This document shows, piece after piece, positions 15,061 to 20,000 of a DNA stretch of 20,000 nucleotides (position 1 is its first letter; the number at the start of each line of letters is the position of its first letter). Source of the DNA: Porphyridium purpureum (lineage: Eukaryota); contig VRMN01000018.1 of assembly GCA_008690995.1 (NCBI GenBank), positions 235,892 through 255,891 on the forward strand, in the 5' to 3' direction. A program made the translations under genes and the position numbers. The notes under the pieces are model-generated. The model was not told the DNA's origin and searched no databases. It saw nothing but the letters and a program-made list of their open reading frames with translations.

Positions 15061-17421
15061 TCATCTGCGACGAAACAGTTTGGTCTTTGTGGCGAGACGG
15101 AATGGGGAGCCGCGTGCGTGCTCGTGCGCCTCGACGGAACGCGCCTGCTCAACAGAGGGCATGGAGATGCTCCTGCGCATGCCGCGCGAGACCATGGAGT
15201 CCTGCTCGTCTTCGAGCCCACGACGCATGTCCAGCGCGATCCGGTCGCGCCTTGTGTCCATCTTGTCGATGTGGTCAGGATCTGAGTCTGCGTTGGGATC
15301 TTCCTCTGTCTCGGTTTCATCCAACAGTAGAGTTCGCGCGGCTGCAACATCACGCACACGGTCGCTGATCGTGCGGTCGTGTTTTAGCACGGCCAGGCTG
15401 ACTGCGTCGGATGTGCTACCCATCTTCAGCAGCTTTGGCTCAGGCTGCGGCCGGTTCGGAGACAGGGGCTTCGCGGTCCTCGTTGATCCCGCGTGTACCA
15501 CCGGCGAGGAACTCAGCGGACTATTTGGGACCATTCTGCCTGCAGACAAAAGGGCATTCACTCTTGACTCGCTTGCCGGTGCCTGAGTCGCCGCGAGCAG
15601 GCTAGCGTCGCTGGACGTCAAGCGTGGAGGGTCCGATAAGCACAGACCGTGCCGTCGATTCGGCGTGTGCGCATCTTTCGCGTGTCCGTCGTCTTCCTCA
15701 TCATACTCTGGCACGATCAGAGGCGGTTGGTATGTGATAGGCTCCGTAGCTAAGCCACCAGCGGCTGCTTTCGTGGGTCCCCATTTCTTCAGTCCGCCGA
15801 GCTCCGCTATGCTCAATGAGATCCCCGGCTCCTTGTTGCTGCTGGACCGTTTGCTAAACGCAGGTATCTTGGCCCGGTTACCAGCACTGCCTTCACGCGA
15901 TAATAGCACACCAATGGGCTGGGCTCGACCGCGGGTCGCGCCGCGCGAGTCGGGTACCACAAAGCGCGGGCTTCTCGTCGATGAAGTATCTGGCGGAGAC
16001 AGAGCACCTCCTAGCTTGTATGGCGATTTTTCTCCCGCCAGAGTGTTGGTAATGGAGCGGAGCGCTGCTGTCTTCCACTCCTCCTTTCGTTTTTCTTCGG
16101 CAGCGACTTCGCGCGCCTTGCCCTCTGCCTCGTCGCGCTCCATCTCGTCGCGCTCCACCGACTCGCGTGCGTGCTGAATCGAGCGGCGTTGGCGACCATT
16201 ACGTGCGCTGCTGCTCGCCGAAATCAAGTACATGGCCATGTCAAGGCTGGCACGACTATTCGACCCAAACTCCTCCAGTGCGACCAGGTCTTCCTCAGTG
16301 GCCTGGATCCAAGGATGGCGCAAGGCATCCTCTGCAGAGCAGCGATATGATGAGTCAATCGTGAGCATTTTCTGAACAAGGTCCTTGGCGCCCTCACTGA
16401 TACTCGGCCACGGTTCGGCATCCATGTCCTGATTTCCCTCGAGAATGGCACGGATCACGTCCGGCACCCCGTGGCCTTCGAATGGCTGTCGGCCGGTCAA
16501 AAGCTGGTACATGGTCACACCCAGCGCCCACACGTCCACTTTCAAACCATATTTTTCCTTTCGACACTGTTCTGGAGAGATATAGTACCAGCTGCCCAGT
16601 GTCTCGGTAAAATACGCCACGTCCTCGTCGTCCAGGCTCAGCAACTCGGGGGGCAGGATCCCACCCAGCCCAAAGTCCGACAGCTTGGGCCCAAATGGGC
16701 GAGTGTCAGACTGGCAGAGCACATTTTCCGGCTTAATGTCCCGGTGTACAACCCCGACGGAGTGCAGGAATACAATGGCGCGCAGCAACGGACGCATGAG
16801 CTCACGGACCTCATCTTCAGAAAACGTGCCGTGGCGTTCGAGAATGTCGGCTAAAGTGCCAGCTTCCATATACTCCATGACCAGATAGACGCTCTCGAGC
16901 GTCTCAAAAATGTCGTAGGTGGCGATGAGGTCCGGATGGTTTGCTATCATCACGATTGCAGCCTCGCGCTCCAGCTGTTCCACCTCGTGCGGTGTGCAGT
17001 GTGACTTGTCAATGCACTTGATGGCGACAACCTCGGTCTCCTTCTCGGTGCGCGTGAATCCGCGGTACACAGTAGCAGACGCGCCCGCGTCCACCTTCCT
17101 GTCCTGCACATAGTAATCCTTTAGGCGTCGCGACGCCGCCTGCTGCAATGCGTTGCTCCATCTGTCAAAGGTGTACAAGTCGGCAAAGAAGAGCGTGAAT
17201 TTGTAGTCCTTGATTTCAATCTGCATCTTGCTCTTCCTCTCGACGATTGCGCAGTTGAAAATGCACAGCCGCAGCTCCGCCTGTGCGGATTCGTCCTCGC
17301 GCTCTTTCTGGATCAACATCACGCCGCGCAGCTGGAAAACCCGCTTCTTTCGGAACATGCCGCCCCGCGGCAGCCAGTCTCTGAGCTCATGGTACGCGCT
17401 ATTCCGCAGCAGCGTCCCCAT
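15061..17421 (-). CDS. CAMK-group Ser/Thr kinase with an N-terminal PH-like domain and a long disordered C-terminus
   Basis: PH-like FRKKRVFQLRG...FDRWSNALQQA; VAIK, HRDIKPEN, LSDFG, YYISPE, DVWALG, WPSISEGAKDLV..L, HPWI. First ATG is at 17421 (786 aa). Confidence 0.88.
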   Translation of the reverse strand: MGTLLRNSAYHELRDWLPRGGMFRKKRVFQLRGVMLIQKEREDESAQAELRLCIFNCAIVERKSKMQIEIKDYKFTLFFADLYTFDRWSNALQQAASRRLKDYYVQDRKVDAGASATVYRGFTRTEKETEVVAIKCIDKSHCTPHEVEQLEREAAIVMIANHPDLIATYDIFETLESVYLVMEYMEAGTLADILERHGTFSEDEVRELMRPLLRAIVFLHSVGVVHRDIKPENVLCQSDTRPFGPKLSDFGLGGILPPELLSLDDEDVAYFTETLGSWYYISPEQCRKEKYGLKVDVWALGVTMYQLLTGRQPFEGHGVPDVIRAILEGNQDMDAEPWPSISEGAKDLVQKMLTIDSSYRCSAEDALRHPWIQATEEDLVALEEFGSNSRASLDMAMYLISASSSARNGRQRRSIQHARESVERDEMERDEAEGKAREVAAEEKRKEEWKTAALRSITNTLAGEKSPYKLGGALSPPDTSSTRSPRFVVPDSRGATRGRAQPIGVLLSREGSAGNRAKIPAFSKRSSSNKEPGISLSIAELGGLKKWGPTKAAAGGLATEPITYQPPLIVPEYDEEDDGHAKDAHTPNRRHGLCLSDPPRLTSSDASLLAATQAPASESRVNALLSAGRMVPNSPLSSSPVVHAGSTRTAKPLSPNRPQPEPKLLKMGSTSDAVSLAVLKHDRTISDRVRDVAAARTLLLDETETEEDPNADSDPDHIDKMDTRRDRIALDMRRGLEDEQDSMVSRGMRRSISMPSVEQARSVEAHEHARGSPFRLATKTKLFRRR

Positions 17422-17554
17422 GCTCACGCTCCCGGCTGCTCGAACATCAGCGTGTCCACATTTGTCGCCACCCGGCCTGCCTCCATCCTGTCCCAAACCG
17501 ATTTTTCTTTTTCGTTGGTTTACTTTCACTGTCTGCCTGGTCTGAGTGGGACAG

Positions 17555-19999
17555 TCAGAGCAGAGACAGAAGTTCCGGCGCAAGGATGGACACGGCCAGA
17601 CGATACGCGTAGGCGATTAGGTGAGCAGAGTAGGCAGTGGGGAACTCGAACTGGACTTGCTTGCGGAGCGCGCGCGAGCTGCGCAGCACGCGTCGCTCGA
17701 GCTCGCACAGCGTGGCGCGCTTCGCAGAGTCGAGCACCTGCCGCAGCGCAGCCACGCCATCGCGCTTCAGCCATGGGTTCCGAACGATAAGCGCCATCAA
17801 CTTGAGTGCACGCATGTAGCTGAATACGTGCATGTTGTTCGCGACTGCCACGAGGCTGTTCAGCCGCGTGTCAAACATGAACTCGTAGAAGCGGTCCCGC
17901 CACCCAACAAGGGCTCGGCGCTCCAAGAGTCGCAGTTTGGCGCTCCGCGTGGCACACGCGCCCATGTTTTCTGCACGTAAGAGCTGTGGCCAGCTTGTGC
18001 GCGAAGTATCCATGCCAACTTCCACTCGCCACGAGTCCACGCGAAATCCACACCAGGTCACGTGCCTCAACTCTTCTGGTCGCGGCGGGGTGTCCGAGTG
18101 CATTCGCTCAGCCATGTAGTTGCGCTTCAGTTTGGCTGGGTTCAGGTACTGGCCGTAAGCACGTGCTCCGCGAACCAAAGGGTCCAATGCGTGACTTTCA
18201 AGCGTGGCGCGATCCGAGCTCACTATCAAGTAGTCGTCCTGGAAGCGCATGGCGTGCACAAGAATATCGCCTTTCTCGCTCTCGCCCAGACTTGAAGGCG
18301 TGTAGGACGCCACGCTGAGCTGTGCAGCAATTGAGGTACCGAGCGCGAATGTGCGTCGCTCCATGTGTGCAAGATACAGCGAGGAAAGCAGTGGTGAGAG
18401 CATATGGCCTTGCGGAATCCCAGACCTCTGCTCCCACACCTGGCCACGGACAACAATGTACCGCGGAGACAGCCAGTCGTGAATATGTTTCATGATAGCG
18501 TCCCGATGCACGATGTACGGCTCCTTTGTGCAGCTCAGAATAGTGTTTGATCGCTTCTTCGCCAGGTCATGTTCAACGAGCCGGCCAAAGTGGGCCAGAC
18601 CCGCGGCATCCCGCACCACGTGGCGATACTCGGTCGGGTAGGTACCGCTCTTTCCGTACTTTTGCGGGAGCTGATAACGACACATGAGGTAGCTTGATTG
18701 TGTGAGAATCGATGGCAAGACCTCGGAGAGGAGCACATCTTTCTCAATCGTGTCGAATGCCTTGGAAACATCCCATACTGCCATGTAGAGTGCTGGTCGG
18801 CGACACGCATGCCACTTTGTCTTCAGGCAAAGGAAGCCATCATGAATTTCGTCCGGCGTCGCCACGAGCCGAACCAAAGGATCGGATTCCTGCAAGCGGC
18901 ATCTTTCATGGTTCAAAATTGCCAAAATGTCACGCAAAAACTCAGTGGCTTTGGCGTATGACAGCTTAAGTGTACGATTGGCCGGTTTGCTCAGCGTCCT
19001 TTGCGAAACCTTGGTCATCGTACTTGTGTCAAGCAAAGTCTGCAAGACGCGCACTCCTGAGGCCTTGGGCACGAGTCGGAGCGCAGCACTACGGTATGGA
19101 CTCACGTTGAGTGGATTTGCGCGTATGCCGTGACTGTGATCGCGACGAAACGCGCAGAGATACTCATCTATCGATGAAACACGCCGGCAACTGTCTCGAA
19201 GCAGAATCTGTGAAACGTGCTCCTCAATCGCACACCATACGTCCTTGCGATAGTATACCAATCCGTCGCGGCTCTTCTCCGACTCGGTGATGTAGAAGAA
19301 AAAGCGAATGACTTTGCTCACAATGTCAAAAAACAGCCACCGCAGAAAAAAGGCCATCTGCCGCTCACGCCAACGGAGGTCATGCACATTCGGCACACGT
19401 GTGCTGCGACGTACTTGACCAGATTGTTCTCTCCACAGCGCCTGGTCCAATTTCGTCCCGAGCCAGGGCACTTCGGTTAGATGAATGCGCTTCACAACGG
19501 TTTCAAGATCCAAGTCCTCCTGCGGGCCTAAGCGGACATACAGTGCGATGGCATTCCATAGAATACTCCAGTTGCGTGGGCCTCCGATGCATTGTCGCGG
19601 CAATATGTTGCCCACTAGCGCCATGACGAACTGCGAGACCTGCTCAGGTCGAGTCTCCAACGCCACCAAGTTACTCAGACAGAGTTCCGGGCATGCCATC
19701 GTCTGCCTTGCAGTTGTCCACTGCTCCCCGTCCAACTCATCCAACACATGGAGGGTCGAGTGCGGGGCGTGTTTGTGCGCACATCGCAGAGATATCGCTC
19801 CAGTTGCCGCCTCATCGAGAGCGCAGGTGGCAGTCCATACTGAGCGCACATTTTTCTCGTGCATGCGATGCAGCACAATTTTTAAAAAGTCAACAGCTGT
19901 CGCAAAGCGAGGCGAAAGCTCTGGTTGATGTCGTGCAGCTGATTCTGACTTTGTCTGTGCGTAATTTCCAGCTTTAACGCCGAGCTGTGCCAATCTATG
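17555..19999 (-). CDS. TERT: Telomerase reverse transcriptase, 5'-truncated at the window edge
   Basis: QFP-like QVSQFVMALVGNILP; T motif FFYITES....LVYYRKDVW; motifs 1/2 LRLVPKASGVRVL; A WDVSKAFDTI; B' GIPQGHMLSPLLSSLY; C MRFQDDYL; D LNPAK; E VTWCG; C-terminal extension. The frame stays open to the window end. Confidence 0.96.
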   Translation of the reverse strand, partial: HRLAQLGVKAGNYAQTKSESAARHQPELSPRFATAVDFLKIVLHRMHEKNVRSVWTATCALDEAATGAISLRCAHKHAPHSTLHVLDELDGEQWTTARQTMACPELCLSNLVALETRPEQVSQFVMALVGNILPRQCIGGPRNWSILWNAIALYVRLGPQEDLDLETVVKRIHLTEVPWLGTKLDQALWREQSGQVRRSTRVPNVHDLRWRERQMAFFLRWLFFDIVSKVIRFFFYITESEKSRDGLVYYRKDVWCAIEEHVSQILLRDSCRRVSSIDEYLCAFRRDHSHGIRANPLNVSPYRSAALRLVPKASGVRVLQTLLDTSTMTKVSQRTLSKPANRTLKLSYAKATEFLRDILAILNHERCRLQESDPLVRLVATPDEIHDGFLCLKTKWHACRRPALYMAVWDVSKAFDTIEKDVLLSEVLPSILTQSSYLMCRYQLPQKYGKSGTYPTEYRHVVRDAAGLAHFGRLVEHDLAKKRSNTILSCTKEPYIVHRDAIMKHIHDWLSPRYIVVRGQVWEQRSGIPQGHMLSPLLSSLYLAHMERRTFALGTSIAAQLSVASYTPSSLGESEKGDILVHAMRFQDDYLIVSSDRATLESHALDPLVRGARAYGQYLNPAKLKRNYMAERMHSDTPPRPEELRHVTWCGFRVDSWRVEVGMDTSRTSWPQLLRAENMGACATRSAKLRLLERRALVGWRDRFYEFMFDTRLNSLVAVANNMHVFSYMRALKLMALIVRNPWLKRDGVAALRQVLDSAKRATLCELERRVLRSSRALRKQVQFEFPTAYSAHLIAYAYRLAVSILAPELLSLL

Positions 20000-20000
20000 C

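Noticed and set aside
14783..15586. 267-aa plus-strand ORF
   Set aside because: Antisense to DPH3 and the kinase C-terminus, with a Ser/Arg-rich shadow composition.
17555..19999. Reverse transcriptase as a retroelement, retron or group II intron
   Set aside because: The telomerase-specific T and QFP motifs and the WCG motif E are present. No endonuclease, integrase or terminal repeats are seen.
6434..19999. CTF4 and TERT as a functional genome-maintenance cluster
   Set aside because: They are separated by five unrelated genes; proximity is unremarkable in a compact eukaryotic genome.

Overview
Gene-dense, GC-rich eukaryotic nuclear DNA with 11 protein-coding genes that all read as uninterrupted ORFs; no introns are needed and intergenic gaps are 49-745 bp. 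Two plastid-targeted proteins with N-terminal MAF/AF-type transit peptides, together with the lack of introns, suggest a unicellular red alga such as a Porphyridium relative (inference). In order: CPP1-like J-like plastid membrane protein (+), p24/GOLD protein (+), SnRK2-like Ser/Thr kinase (+), secreted jelly-roll/Cys-rich protein (+), CTF4/WDHD1 (-), eIF3d (+), an unknown protein with tandem CHORD-like Cys/His units (-), plastid SEC-C/YchJ protein (+), DPH3 (-), PH-CAMK kinase (-) and a 5'-truncated telomerase reverse transcriptase (-). The most notable unexplained signals are: (i) a GTACAGT 7-mer seen 11 times, always in intergenic DNA and twice as inverted pairs; (ii) a rearranged SnRK2-like kinase in an apparently non-green alga; (iii) a divergent tandem CHORD-like zinc module; (iv) E2F-type sites within inverted repeats upstream of CTF4. 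All calls come from reading motifs by eye; no searches were run.
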